The position numbers and the translations under genes are program-made. A stretch of 64,000 nt of DNA, taken from contig JAGALD010000065.1 of assembly GCA_017625395.1 (NCBI GenBank), positions 6,356 through 70,355 on the forward strand. The letters run 5' to 3'. Under the pieces are notes generated by a model that did no database searches, was not told the DNA's origin, and was given only the letters and a program-made list of their open reading frames with translations. This document shows positions 20,372 to 29,363 of this stretch, one piece after another (within the stretch, counting starts at the first letter, position 1; every line of letters begins with the position of its first letter). Source of the stretch: Bacilli bacterium. Its GTDB lineage: Bacteria; Bacillota_I; Bacilli_A; RF39; UBA660.

Positions 20372-20812
20372 CTACTTTTCTAATTTTACTTTTAGTTCTC
20401 CATAAATATCTTTATATAAATTTATTTTGACATTATGACAACCAAGGCAAGATAATCCATCAGTTATCTCTATTTGTTTTTTATCGATTGTTATTCCATT
20501 TTTTTCTAGTTCATCTTTTATTTGTTTTGAGCTAACGCTTCCAAAAACCTTATCCATTTTTCCCGTTTTTACTTTAAATACTAATTCTAATTTTGCTAAT
20601 TTTTCTTTTATTTTATCTGCTTTTTTTCTATTTTGATCATCTAGCTCTTTTTCTTCTTTTTTACCATCCAAATATCTTTGATAACTTTGTTCTGTTAATT
20701 TCTCTGCATACTTGTTTTTTATTAAGAAGTTTTCTGCGTATCCGTCTTTCACTTCTTTTATTTCACCTTTTTTACCTTGACCCTTTAAGTCTTTTAAAAA
20801 TATTACCTTCAT
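20372..20812 (-). CDS. rplI: 50S ribosomal protein L9
   Basis: 146 aa. [30 protein letters not shown] is the canonical L9 N-terminus. Confidence 0.9.
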   Translation of the reverse strand: MKVIFLKDLKGQGKKGEIKEVKDGYAENFLIKNKYAEKLTEQSYQRYLDGKKEEKELDDQNRKKADKIKEKLAKLELVFKVKTGKMDKVFGSVSSKQIKDELEKNGITIDKKQIEITDGLSCLGCHNVKINLYKDIYGELKVKLEK

Positions 20813-20823
20813 ATATAACCCTC

Positions 20824-21792
20824 CTATTTATTTTTTAGAATTTCTCTTAGTTCTTCTTCGACTTTCTTTATACTTTTGTCATCAATTCTTGCACCTGCTT
20901 CATGGTTATCTCCACCACCATTTAAGTTTTCAAGAATTTCTCCTACATCTATGTTTCCAATTGATCTTGCACTAATTCCTACTGTATTCTTATCTAATTT
21001 TCCTATTACAAATGACGCTTCAATTTTATTAAATAATAGTAGCGTATCGGCAATTTTTGCAAGATCTTCTCTTCTATATCTTAATGTTGATTTAGCACAA
21101 GAAATTGCAATATTTTTATATATCTTAACGTTTGTTATTACTTTTTGTCGTGCAATATAATTTTTTAAATCTTGTTTTAATAAATACTGAACATAGCTAG
21201 GATCTGCTCCTTGTTGAGTAAGCAAATATGATGCTCTAAATGTATTGGTTGTTGTTTTTAAGACATAATTGTTCGTGTCTAGTACTATTCCTGATAATAA
21301 TATTGTTGCAGTATCTTCATTTATTTGTGTTTTATTATAGTCGAGATATTCTGCGACCATTTCACATGTACTTGATGCTTCTTCATCAACAACTATCATT
21401 CCTTTGTTAATTGATGACTCTCTTAAATCATGGTGATCTATTACTATAACTTGTTCAAACAAATCTAAAAGTGAACTATCTTGTAATAATGCTTCCTTGT
21501 TTGTATCAACTACAATTAATAAACTTTTTTCATTTATTTTCAATTTAATTTTCTTACTTTTTTTGATGTTATATACGTCACCCATCTTATCAATAATTTT
21601 TTTAACACCAGGCTCTAGTTTTCGGTCATTTATTATTATGGTTGGCTTTTTATCAAATGTTCTTAAGTATTCATAAATACCTATAGCACTTCCTATAGCA
21701 TCTAAATCTAGATACTTATGTCCCATTATAAATATCGAGCTTGCTTCTTCTATTTGTTTTTCTATTTGTTCTTTTGCATCTATAAGTGTCAT
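20824..21792 (-). CDS. DHH/DHHA1 family phosphoesterase (NrnA-like)
   Basis: 322 aa. DHH-type motifs ([19 protein letters not shown]) and a [14 protein letters not shown]1-like C-terminal block. Confidence 0.75.
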   Translation of the reverse strand: MTLIDAKEQIEKQIEEASSIFIMGHKYLDLDAIGSAIGIYEYLRTFDKKPTIIINDRKLEPGVKKIIDKMGDVYNIKKSKKIKLKINEKSLLIVVDTNKEALLQDSSLLDLFEQVIVIDHHDLRESSINKGMIVVDEEASSTCEMVAEYLDYNKTQINEDTATILLSGIVLDTNNYVLKTTTNTFRASYLLTQQGADPSYVQYLLKQDLKNYIARQKVITNVKIYKNIAISCAKSTLRYRREDLAKIADTLLLFNKIEASFVIGKLDKNTVGISARSIGNIDVGEILENLNGGGDNHEAGARIDDKSIKKVEEELREILKNK

Positions 21793-21907
21793 AAAGTACC
21801 TCCGTAATCACATCTTATTATACACTAAAGAACAGCAAAATAAAAGAGCAGATTACTCTACTCTTTCTAATTACATATTCATATAATTCTGTTTATTTGG
21901 ATACAAA

Positions 21908-22207
21908 TTATTCGTTTTTTTTTAATTTTCTTGGAACTGTTCTAATTAATTTTGTTTTCTTATTCCCTATTATAAAACCTATTATTAAAAGTGCTATAAA
22001 ATATAGATGTATACTTGCTTCATTAATTAATTTCATGAAAGTAAAATATATAAGCGAATGAGCTATAGAAAAAATGAGATTCCATATAATCTTAGTAAAT
22101 ATATTATTGCTATATAAGAATCTATATAAAACATTATAAATTAAAGAAAGATACATTCCATATATTAATGATGTTATTAAAGATTGAATTTGTATTTCTA
22201 AATCCAT
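21908..22207 (-). CDS. yabQ: YabQ-like sporulation membrane protein (putative)
   Basis: 99-aa polytopic hydrophobic protein immediately downstream of, and coupled to, yabP. Position matches the yabP-yabQ pair of spore-formers. Confidence 0.5.
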   Translation of the reverse strand: MDLEIQIQSLITSLIYGMYLSLIYNVLYRFLYSNNIFTKIIWNLIFSIAHSLIYFTFMKLINEASIHLYFIALLIIGFIIGNKKTKLIRTVPRKLKKNE

Positions 22208-22500
22208 TATTTAAATAACCTGTTAAATATTCCTTGTTCTTTATCTTTTTGCTTTACATCCTCTACATAATTTAATCCTTTAATAATACCTTTAATTGAT
22301 ACATTCCCTTGCATTGTATCTAATTTAATCAACTCTAATCCTTCGCCTTTTACAATTAAGAATCCCATTATTGTTTCCATAAGAAATTCTTCATCATCAA
22401 AATTTTCTATTTTTTTTACTCCTGTTACTATTAAACTTTTTCTTTCTACTAAAGTTATTCCATGATTATAGTTGGTAATTGCATCATCTAATTTTTCCAT
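22207..22500 (-). CDS. yabP: Sporulation protein YabP
   Basis: 97 aa. GITLVERKSLIVTGVKKIENFDDEEFLMETIMGFLIVKGEGLELIKLD follows the YabP family pattern (R-K-l-itGV..v.sFdd.e...eT..G.L.ikGe.L...L). Confidence 0.75.
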   Translation of the reverse strand: MEKLDDAITNYNHGITLVERKSLIVTGVKKIENFDDEEFLMETIMGFLIVKGEGLELIKLDTMQGNVSIKGIIKGLNYVEDVKQKDKEQGIFNRLFK

Positions 22501-22552
22501 ACTTGTCCTCCTGATAAATTATATGATGCATATTCTATTTTATTACTTTTTG

Positions 22553-22590
22553 GGCAAAGAAAAACTACTTAAAAAAGTAGTAATCTTTTT
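22553..22590. terminator. Bidirectional hairpin terminator downstream of spoVG
   Basis: ACTACTT-aaaaaa-GTAGT stem with T-tracts on both sides (22556-22590). Confidence 0.4.
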
Positions 22591-22593
22591 TTA

Positions 22594-22875
22594 TTATTCA
22601 GCTTCGTTATATGCTTTTAGAATTGCTTCTTCAAACATAGCACGAACTTCTGGATTAATTGGATGAACAGTGTCACGATGAACTGTTACCATTTCTCCAT
22701 CTTCATTTTCAACTTCTCTTGAAGTACTTGGCATTGCAATGAATAAACCATTTTTTCCTTCGATAATTCTGATATTGTGGATAGCTAGTCCGTCATCTAT
22801 TAAAACAGACGCTCTTCCTTTCATGCGTGATCCTTCGCGTTCTTCTTTCTTAACTTTTACTGATGTAATTTCCAT
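22594..22875 (-). CDS. spoVG: Septation/sporulation protein SpoVG
   Basis: Preferred start ATG 22875 (MEITSVKVKK...). ASVLIDDGLAIHNIRIIEGKNGLFIAMPS and the HPINPEVRAMFEEAILKAY C-terminus match SpoVG almost motif for motif. Confidence 0.88.
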   Translation of the reverse strand: MEITSVKVKKEEREGSRMKGRASVLIDDGLAIHNIRIIEGKNGLFIAMPSTSREVENEDGEMVTVHRDTVHPINPEVRAMFEEAILKAYNEAE

Positions 22876-22951
22876 CGGCACATATCCTCCCTCTTAAAGT
22901 ATATAACTTTATACTGTTATAGTATAATATTTTTAGTGAAATTGCAATATT

Positions 22952-23173
22952 TTATTCAATAATAAGCTCTAAAATTTCAGTTAAAACATCACTATAAGTA
23001 AATGATTTTATCTTATTATTATCCTCATTTAATCTTATAGTAAAAATTGCATTATATGTATTTTCAATAGTGCCATTAAACTCTTCTATTTGATTTCTTG
23101 CTCCATTATATTTAAAATGAATTACTTTTCCTTTTTCATTTTCTAATTTTTCTCTTATTTTAGATATATTCAT
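22952..23173 (-). CDS. veg: Veg family biofilm/sporulation-associated protein
   Basis: 73 aa. IREKLENEKGKVIHFKYNGARNQIEEFNGTIENTYNAIFTIRL...YSDVLTEILE parallels B. subtilis Veg (SDIK..L...LGKRLTLKANGGRRKT...). Confidence 0.8.
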   Translation of the reverse strand: MNISKIREKLENEKGKVIHFKYNGARNQIEEFNGTIENTYNAIFTIRLNEDNNKIKSFTYSDVLTEILELIIE

Positions 23174-23700
23174 CTTGGATACCCCACATACATAGTTCCA
23201 TTTGTTATAATTCCTCCTATGCCTTCTTCTTTGTATTTTGTACTGTTTATTATTTTCATTAAATCGATTGATTCATTTTTATTAGATAATGCTATTAAAG
23301 AAGCAACAATAGCTGGATCTAGTGCATGAATATTTATTCTTTTAGGACTACTTGCAAAATTTGCACCTGCTTTAATTAGTTCCTCATAGTTGGATTGACA
23401 TGCTCCTGCTATTATAATCAACTTTTCCTGACTTTTTTCATATTTTCTTGCTTCAATAATAGCTTGCTTAAAATTTTCACTATTTTTATATTGGTTTGTT
23501 TTTGATTTATTATTTTTTTTGTTGTAATAGGCATCGTGCCCTGTAATAACTACTATATCTGGATTAATATCTTCTAAATAACTATAAATATTATTTACAA
23601 TTTCACTTTCTTTTAAAGAAACTCCATATGCCATTATTTTTAGTTTTTTATATAATTTCAAACATCTTTTTAAATAACTACTATCTCCATCTGCTGACCT
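23170..23700 (-). pseudogene. yabG: Sporulation-specific protease YabG (peptidase U57), 3' portion only; 5' part split off by the inserted element
   Basis: Translation carries the YabG core blocks PDIVVITGHDAY, IIAGACQSNYEELIKAGANFASSP and INIHALDP. The annotated ORF starts at a TTG (23661). The same frame stays open and YabG-like (RSADGDSSYLKRC) for 13 further codons up to about 23700, then hits TAA. About 100 N-terminal residues expected for YabG are absent. Confidence 0.7.
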
Positions 23701-23743
23701 CTGTTAAGTAACTAATTTAGTATTAATTAAAGGTAACATTAAT

Positions 23744-23929
23744 TTACCCTAGTTTTTTATATAAATTATTCAAATATTCTTGTCTATATCTTTCTATTAA
23801 TCGCTCATTTAATATTTTAGAAATCTTCTTTAATTTTTTTTCTTCCTCTGTTTCCTCAACTTCTGGTTCTTTCGATAATCTACAATACATAAATGCTTTA
23901 ATTTTTCCAATATTTATTTTACTATTCAT
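23744..23929 (-). CDS. Hypothetical small protein at the element end
   Basis: 61-aa Lys/Glu-rich ORF between the junction and the recombinase genes. No recognisable motif. A recombination directionality factor role is possible. Confidence 0.3.
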   Translation of the reverse strand: MNSKINIGKIKAFMYCRLSKEPEVEETEEEKKLKKISKILNERLIERYRQEYLNNLYKKLG

Positions 23930-23945
23930 TACTTTACCTCTCTAT

Positions 23946-25505
23946 TTAAAATATCCTAACTTTCTTTGGTTCTCCTAAACCAAACTTAAATGCTATCTTA
24001 ATTGTGCTATCTTTATACACAACAATTTTATCAACTAAATCTCGCAAAGCTATATTCATAAGCTCATCACCATTTATAAAATGTTTATATTGTTCTAATA
24101 TTTGTTCTTTCCTTATATTTTCATTTTTTGATTCTAATATCTCTTTTAATAATTTTTCTGATTCTTCTTTTAAAAGTGTTTCATTTTTTTTCGTTTCTAA
24201 AAATTGTTCTAAAGTTATTTCTCCTTTTGTTTTTTGCAAATATAAATTTCTTATATTCTTATTGTGCAATTCAATATCCTCTTTTAAATAACCTATCTTT
24301 AGATTAGGTCGTTCAGATTTAATTAAGTTTTTAGTTGTTTTATCTATTATTTCATCTTCACTAACATAGTCGTCTATAATATCTTGCAAAGTAGTTTTAA
24401 TAATAGTTCGTAGTTTTGAATCTGCTATTGTTCTATTTGAACAAGGTTTTCTATCAATAACTTTAGTGCAGTCAAAGAAATACTTCACATTTGCTCGATC
24501 ACTTCTTTTACAAGCTGTCATAACTCTACCACATTCTCCACATATTACTAAACCACTAAACAAGCCACAATAATCGTTTTTTTCTTTTCTTTTCATCGTA
24601 TTTAATCTTCCATTAGCCTCATTAAATAACTGTTCAGTAATTATTGCTTGATGACAATTATCTATTGTTTCTCTATCTCTTATTGGTATAACTTCTCTTT
24701 TCTTTTGAAGATGACTTCTCTTAGTTGATTTTCTTTTAACTATTTTTCCTGTATATGTTTTATTTTTTAATATCCTATAAACAACCTTATCAGACCAATC
24801 ATAATAATATTTTTTATCCCTACTGGGTGTCATATTCATATATAACACAGGAGGAATAATCTTATCATTATTTAATCCATCTGCAACCTCTTGTCTAGTT
24901 TTTCCACTTGCAACTTCTGTAAATATTCTCTTAACAATGTTGGCAGCATATTCATCAACTTCTAATGTCCTTTTACCATCTTGTTTTTTTATCTTATAAC
25001 CATAAGGAGCAATAAAGCCAATAAATTGTCCATCATTAGTTTTAGATTCAGCAATTTGTTTTCTCTTTATAGATGCATCCTTAACATATCTATCATTAAT
25101 TAAGGATTTAAACCCTAACATAATATCTTGTTCACTATTATTAGGGTTTTCACTATCAAACTGATCATTTATAGCAATATATCTCACATTATGTTTAGGA
25201 AAATACTCACTAATATAATAAGCAGTTTCTATAAAATTTCTACCTAATCTAGACATATCTTTTGTTATAACACAATCAATAATGCCACTTTCAATATCAT
25301 TAATTAATTCTTCAAATCCCGGTCTATCAAAATTAGTACCAGAATATCCATCATCAATATATTCCTTATCAACTTCTAAACTCATACTTTTAGCATAAGA
25401 CTTTATTAAACCTAATTGATTGTATATACTAGTTGAAAAACCACTTAATTTATTCAAATCTTCTTGAGATAATCTTACATAAGCCACTGTTAATCTATTA
25501 TCCAT
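23946..25505 (-). CDS. Large serine recombinase (resolvase domain + recombinase domain + zinc ribbon)
   Basis: 519 aa. Catalytic AYVRLSQED with IIDCVITKDMSRLGRN resolvase motifs. C-terminal Cys4 ribbon CGECGRVMTAC...FFDC and a coiled-coil tail. Confidence 0.9.
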   Translation of the reverse strand: MDNRLTVAYVRLSQEDLNKLSGFSTSIYNQLGLIKSYAKSMSLEVDKEYIDDGYSGTNFDRPGFEELINDIESGIIDCVITKDMSRLGRNFIETAYYISEYFPKHNVRYIAINDQFDSENPNNSEQDIMLGFKSLINDRYVKDASIKRKQIAESKTNDGQFIGFIAPYGYKIKKQDGKRTLEVDEYAANIVKRIFTEVASGKTRQEVADGLNNDKIIPPVLYMNMTPSRDKKYYYDWSDKVVYRILKNKTYTGKIVKRKSTKRSHLQKKREVIPIRDRETIDNCHQAIITEQLFNEANGRLNTMKRKEKNDYCGLFSGLVICGECGRVMTACKRSDRANVKYFFDCTKVIDRKPCSNRTIADSKLRTIIKTTLQDIIDDYVSEDEIIDKTTKNLIKSERPNLKIGYLKEDIELHNKNIRNLYLQKTKGEITLEQFLETKKNETLLKEESEKLLKEILESKNENIRKEQILEQYKHFINGDELMNIALRDLVDKIVVYKDSTIKIAFKFGLGEPKKVRIF

Positions 25506-27087
25506 TTTCTACCTCATTAAGATTAAAGTTAAGGAATATTTTTATAGACTTATCTTCATATACTTCAATTCTATTTACTAATATTTTAAGAACTTCCTTT
25601 TCTGGTGTTTTTGATTTTAAGAATTCATTAATCCATTTCATTTTGGTCTTTTCATCAGTCAAAACATTTTTTGATTCTCCAAGTAATATTTCTAAATCTG
25701 TAACCTTTGCTACACATTCTTTTCTATCTTTCTCTAATTCTTTTTTGATTCCACTAAATTCATCAGAACTAATAATACCTGTAGCTCTATCTTTATAAAG
25801 TTCACTAATTGCTTTATCAATAGTAACAATTTTGCTTTTTACAATTGATAAATCTTTTTCATAATTTTCTAATAAATTCAAATTACAAATTGAAGATTTG
25901 TATGTGTTATCTAATTTTTCATTTTGAGAATACTTAACTAAAACTTCTCTTATTTTTTTTATTACAAGTTCATTTAAAGCATCTTCTCTATAATAATGCA
26001 TACTGCATACATTATTCCTATAAGTAGCATAAGTCCTACAAACATATATTGCATGAACTTTGCTAGAATCAGTTCCATTTTTTACTCGTCTAACTAACAT
26101 AGTCTTACCACAATCTCCACATACTACTAATCCTTTAAGTAAATAATCGTATTGTCTAAATCTAGTATCTGTTTTTCTTTTTGGTGCATTTACTTTTTCA
26201 AATAATTCCTTTGAAATAATTTTAGGTATAGCTCCTTTTTTTATTATCCACTTACTTCGTGGTAACAATCGCTTCTTTTTTGATTTTAGACTTACTCTTT
26301 CATATTTACCTTGAATTAAATTACCTATATATGCTTCATTTGTTAATATTGTTTTGACAGAACTTGGTTTCCACAAATTTGTTGTAACTGTAATTTTATT
26401 TAACTTTTTACCTCTATAAACATCTGGAGGAAGTATTCCCTCATTTGTTAAAGTTCTAGCTATCATACCATCAGTCATACCATCATTTTTCATATCAAAT
26501 ATTCTTTTAACAACATTAGCAGCATAATCATCAATAACAAATTTTCTACTATCTTCCTCTGATCTTTTATAACCATAAGTTACTGAACTACCTACAAACA
26601 ATCCTTCTTTCATCTTGTCATGTCTAACACTTTTTATTTTTCTTGATATATCTTTTATATACATATCATTGATAACTGCTTTAAATGGTAATATGTCCTC
26701 CATCCCATTTGGATTTAAAGTATCATAATTTTCCAATATAGCAATATATCTAACATTATGTTCTGGAAAATATTTAAACACATAATTACCAGTTTCAATA
26801 AACTCTCTCCCTAATCTAGACATATCCTTTGTAATAACACAATCAATAATGCCATTTTCAATATCATTTATTAATCTTTTAAAACCAGGTCTATCAAAAT
26901 TACCACCAGAGTATCCATCATCAACATAGTAATCATATATTTCAATATTATTCTTAATAGCATAGTCCTTAATAAATGCTCTTTGATTAGTAATACTAAC
27001 ACTCTCAATATCTTTATTATCATCTTCGATTGAAAGTCGCACATAAGCACCTGCTCTATATGTTTTATTAGTTAAGCAATCTATCAT
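25498..27087 (-). CDS. Large serine recombinase, paralog of the adjacent one
   Basis: 529 aa. AYVRLSIEDD; an IIDCVITKDMSRLGRE block identical to the neighbour's; CGDCGKTMLV...IYVC zinc ribbon. Overlaps the downstream recombinase gene by 8 nt (operon). Confidence 0.9.
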   Translation of the reverse strand: MIDCLTNKTYRAGAYVRLSIEDDNKDIESVSITNQRAFIKDYAIKNNIEIYDYYVDDGYSGGNFDRPGFKRLINDIENGIIDCVITKDMSRLGREFIETGNYVFKYFPEHNVRYIAILENYDTLNPNGMEDILPFKAVINDMYIKDISRKIKSVRHDKMKEGLFVGSSVTYGYKRSEEDSRKFVIDDYAANVVKRIFDMKNDGMTDGMIARTLTNEGILPPDVYRGKKLNKITVTTNLWKPSSVKTILTNEAYIGNLIQGKYERVSLKSKKKRLLPRSKWIIKKGAIPKIISKELFEKVNAPKRKTDTRFRQYDYLLKGLVVCGDCGKTMLVRRVKNGTDSSKVHAIYVCRTYATYRNNVCSMHYYREDALNELVIKKIREVLVKYSQNEKLDNTYKSSICNLNLLENYEKDLSIVKSKIVTIDKAISELYKDRATGIISSDEFSGIKKELEKDRKECVAKVTDLEILLGESKNVLTDEKTKMKWINEFLKSKTPEKEVLKILVNRIEVYEDKSIKIFLNFNLNEVENG

Positions 27088-27175
27088 TTTTAACCTCTCT
27101 TTCTTTTTTTCTTAACCAACTCCACATAACACATTCATTATATATTTAATTATTAAATATTACGAATGTACAAAT

Positions 27176-27304
27176 TTATATATTTTTAGCATTTTGTAGT
27201 TTTAATTTTAAAAACTTTTCAAATGCCTCTAATATTACATCTTGAACATTTTTACCATTCTCATCATAGACAAGAATCACTAAATCTTCTTTCTTCGTTT
27301 CCAT
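27176..27304 (-). CDS. Small ORF (42 aa) upstream of the recombinase pair
   Basis: Not in the ORF track (below 60 aa). ATG at 27304 is preceded by a strong AAGAAGGAGG RBS (revcomp of 27307-27318). Product: METKKEDLVILVYDENGKNVQDVILEAFEKFLKLKLQNAKNI. Confidence 0.3.
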   Translation of the reverse strand: METKKEDLVILVYDENGKNVQDVILEAFEKFLKLKLQNAKNI

Positions 27305-27373
27305 ATATCTTGCCTCCTTCTTAACCTTATGAACATCTCTTTTATTTAATACATTAAAAAAAAGTAGAAATTT

Positions 27374-27718
27374 CTACTTTAATTCAAATGATATTTTTAT
27401 AGCTTCATTTACTTTTTCTAAAGTATCGCTTTCTAACATACCCATATAACCTTTTAATCTACTTTTATCTAAAACTCTAACTTGCTCTAACATAACAATT
27501 GAATCGTGTCTTAATTTATCAAATTGTTTAATTAAAATATGTGTAGGTAATAATTTATCTTTCTTTGTTGATATTGGAGCTACCAATACAGTTGGACTAT
27601 GTTTATTTCCTAAATCATTTTGAATTATTAAAACTGGTCTAATTCCTTTTTGTTCACTTCCTACTATTGGATCTAAATCTGCATAAAACATTGCACCCCT
27701 AATTATTTTTTTCATCAT
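27374..27718 (-). CDS. MazF/PemK-family type II toxin endoribonuclease
   Basis: 114 aa. IRGAMFYADLDPIVGSEQKGIRPVLIIQNDLGNKHSPTVLVAPIS fits the PemK/MazF fold signature (G.i..vdf.p..GsEq.g.RPalVv). Confidence 0.85.
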   Translation of the reverse strand: MMKKIIRGAMFYADLDPIVGSEQKGIRPVLIIQNDLGNKHSPTVLVAPISTKKDKLLPTHILIKQFDKLRHDSIVMLEQVRVLDKSRLKGYMGMLESDTLEKVNEAIKISFELK

Positions 27719-27893
27719 TATTCCCCTTTCTAATCTCTCTAATTTTTACTCGTACATTTTTCTTAACATAAGGTAAGTCCAATATATGACTTTCATTCAT
27801 AACTGTATTTACTTGACTATTAACATCTTCTTTGTTTTCCCCACTTAAATCAAAAGTATATTTTTTAATAATCTTTATTCTATATCTTTTCAT
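27699..27893 (-). CDS. Putative antitoxin partner of MazF (non-canonical)
   Basis: 64-aa ORF from ATG 27893, overlapping the toxin start by 20 nt (typical TA coupling). Its sequence is not recognisably MazE or PemI. Confidence 0.35.
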   Translation of the reverse strand: MKRYRIKIIKKYTFDLSGENKEDVNSQVNTVMNESHILDLPYVKKNVRVKIREIRKGNNDEKNN

Positions 27894-28395
27894 AATTCTT
27901 TCCTTTCTACTTTTATGTAAAAATATCAACTGTTTAATAAAGTTCGCTAAAATATAAATAATTTATTATTTCACTAACTCCAGTTGATATTAATTTCAAA
28001 ATTATTTTTATTTAAGTGTTAATATTATTCCTATCCCCTTAACACAGGGAATCATTAAATGGTTGATTGCTAATCAACTCCATAGGAATTGCACCTCCTC
28101 ATGGTTCTCACGAAGTCGCACCCATTGCTTTAGTCTGTGGCTATGCGAAAGTATCATTATGCCTATTATTTGTTATCGCATTATTAGGAGCAACCTAATA
28201 TTTATGGTCAAGCTTTTATCGTCAAGCGAACTTACCAATGTGCTGTCAGTTTCCCAACATAATAGGAATGTATTTAATGACTGATTATAAATTTTCAAAG
28301 AACTCTGTTTCAAAAAAAGAAACAGTTGCGAAAGAGAATTATTATCCCCTCTCAACTGTTTCCCCACTTAAAAGCTAAAAGTTAACCCTAAAATG

Positions 28396-28887
28396 TTAAT
28401 TTTTTAAATTTTTTTTCAAATTTTCTAAACCATCATCAATACTATGTTTAACTGCAACTTTACTACATCCCTCTTGTTTAGCAATTTCTACCATAGTCAT
28501 ATTCTCAAAAAAGTATTTCTTTAATCTTCTTTTTTGTACTTCTGGTAATTTATTAATTGCTAATCGCAGTTCTTCTGCAATTAATTTATTTTCAACCTGT
28601 TCTTCAATACCTACTGGCTTGTCCACTGCTCTATTATTTAATGTATATTCAAATACTTCATTATGTTCTATATGTCTTTCATATTCGTGCATTTGTGATA
28701 TATCTTCTAACTCAAACTTATCAAATGCTCCAAATACTTTTTCTGATACTTCAACTTTATGAATATTATTTTTATTATCTTTAAAAGAAACAATATAACT
28801 ATGTTCCTTTTCGTTATAATTTAATATATAAGGATTATCCTTACTTTTTCTTCTTTTAGGCATTGTAGCCATAATATGTTCCTCCAA
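28396..28887 (-). CDS. Sigma-70 region-4-type HTH protein (ICE/phage late-regulator-like)
   Basis: 163 aa. C-terminal ENMTMVEIAKQEGCSKVAVKHSIDDGLENLK is a sigma-70 region-4 / ECF-like HTH. N-terminus has no region 2. Confidence 0.5.
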   Translation of the reverse strand: MEEHIMATMPKRRKSKDNPYILNYNEKEHSYIVSFKDNKNNIHKVEVSEKVFGAFDKFELEDISQMHEYERHIEHNEVFEYTLNNRAVDKPVGIEEQVENKLIAEELRLAINKLPEVQKRRLKKYFFENMTMVEIAKQEGCSKVAVKHSIDDGLENLKKNLKN

Positions 28888-29321
28888 TCAATTCAAATTT
28901 TTTTAAAATCTAAATTGACTAGAGGTGGACTTCTACATCTTAAAAATATAGAAAACAAAAAAAGGCCATATTTCACTCCCTTGCATAGAGAGCAAAATAC
29001 AGCCTTGGCATTTGCTATAAATTTTATTATTTCATATTCAATAATGCAGTATTTTGTCATCATAGGCAATCGCTCCCATAATGCAATTGCCATTTTGCTT
29101 AGGGCAAAGACAAATACTGCTCAAAATCCTAGCCGATTAACAATAACCTGTAATATATAATAAGAGAAAAAAAGATACTTCTTACTACTTCTACTTCCTT
29201 ACTGCTAACAACTTTTTTCATTAAAAGCTAAATATAATCATCTCATTTCTTATATAAAACATAGCGTTGGCATTTGCTATTATCTACATTATACGACATT
29301 TTTTTGTTTTTTCATATGCCA

Positions 29322-29358
29322 CAAAAAAAGCACCTTATCAAAATAAGTGTGCTTTTTG
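29322..29358. terminator. Bidirectional rho-independent terminator
   Basis: Stem AAAGCACCTTAT / ATAAG-TG-TGCTTT with an A-run upstream and a T-run downstream. Lies 3' of the minus-strand gene ending at 29364. Confidence 0.55.
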
Positions 29359-29363
29359 TAAGT

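Noticed and set aside
23170-23661. Treating the 163-aa yabG ORF as an intact short YabG
   Set aside because: The annotated start is a TTG without an RBS. Homology to YabG continues upstream in frame until a stop codon that coincides with the start of mobile-element DNA, which fits a split gene rather than a naturally short one.
28030-28395. Group II intron or retron interpretation of the GC-rich non-coding island
   Set aside because: No reverse-transcriptase or maturase ORF nearby, no GUGYG 5' end and no convincing domain V (AGC...GAAA...) could be folded by eye. It is kept only as a generic structured-RNA candidate.
28876-29160. 94-aa plus-strand ORF in the sigma-gene upstream intergenic region
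   Set aside because: No RBS, atypical composition and the opposite strand to every neighbouring gene. The region is better explained as promoter/regulatory DNA with the repeated TTGGCATTTGCTAT motif.
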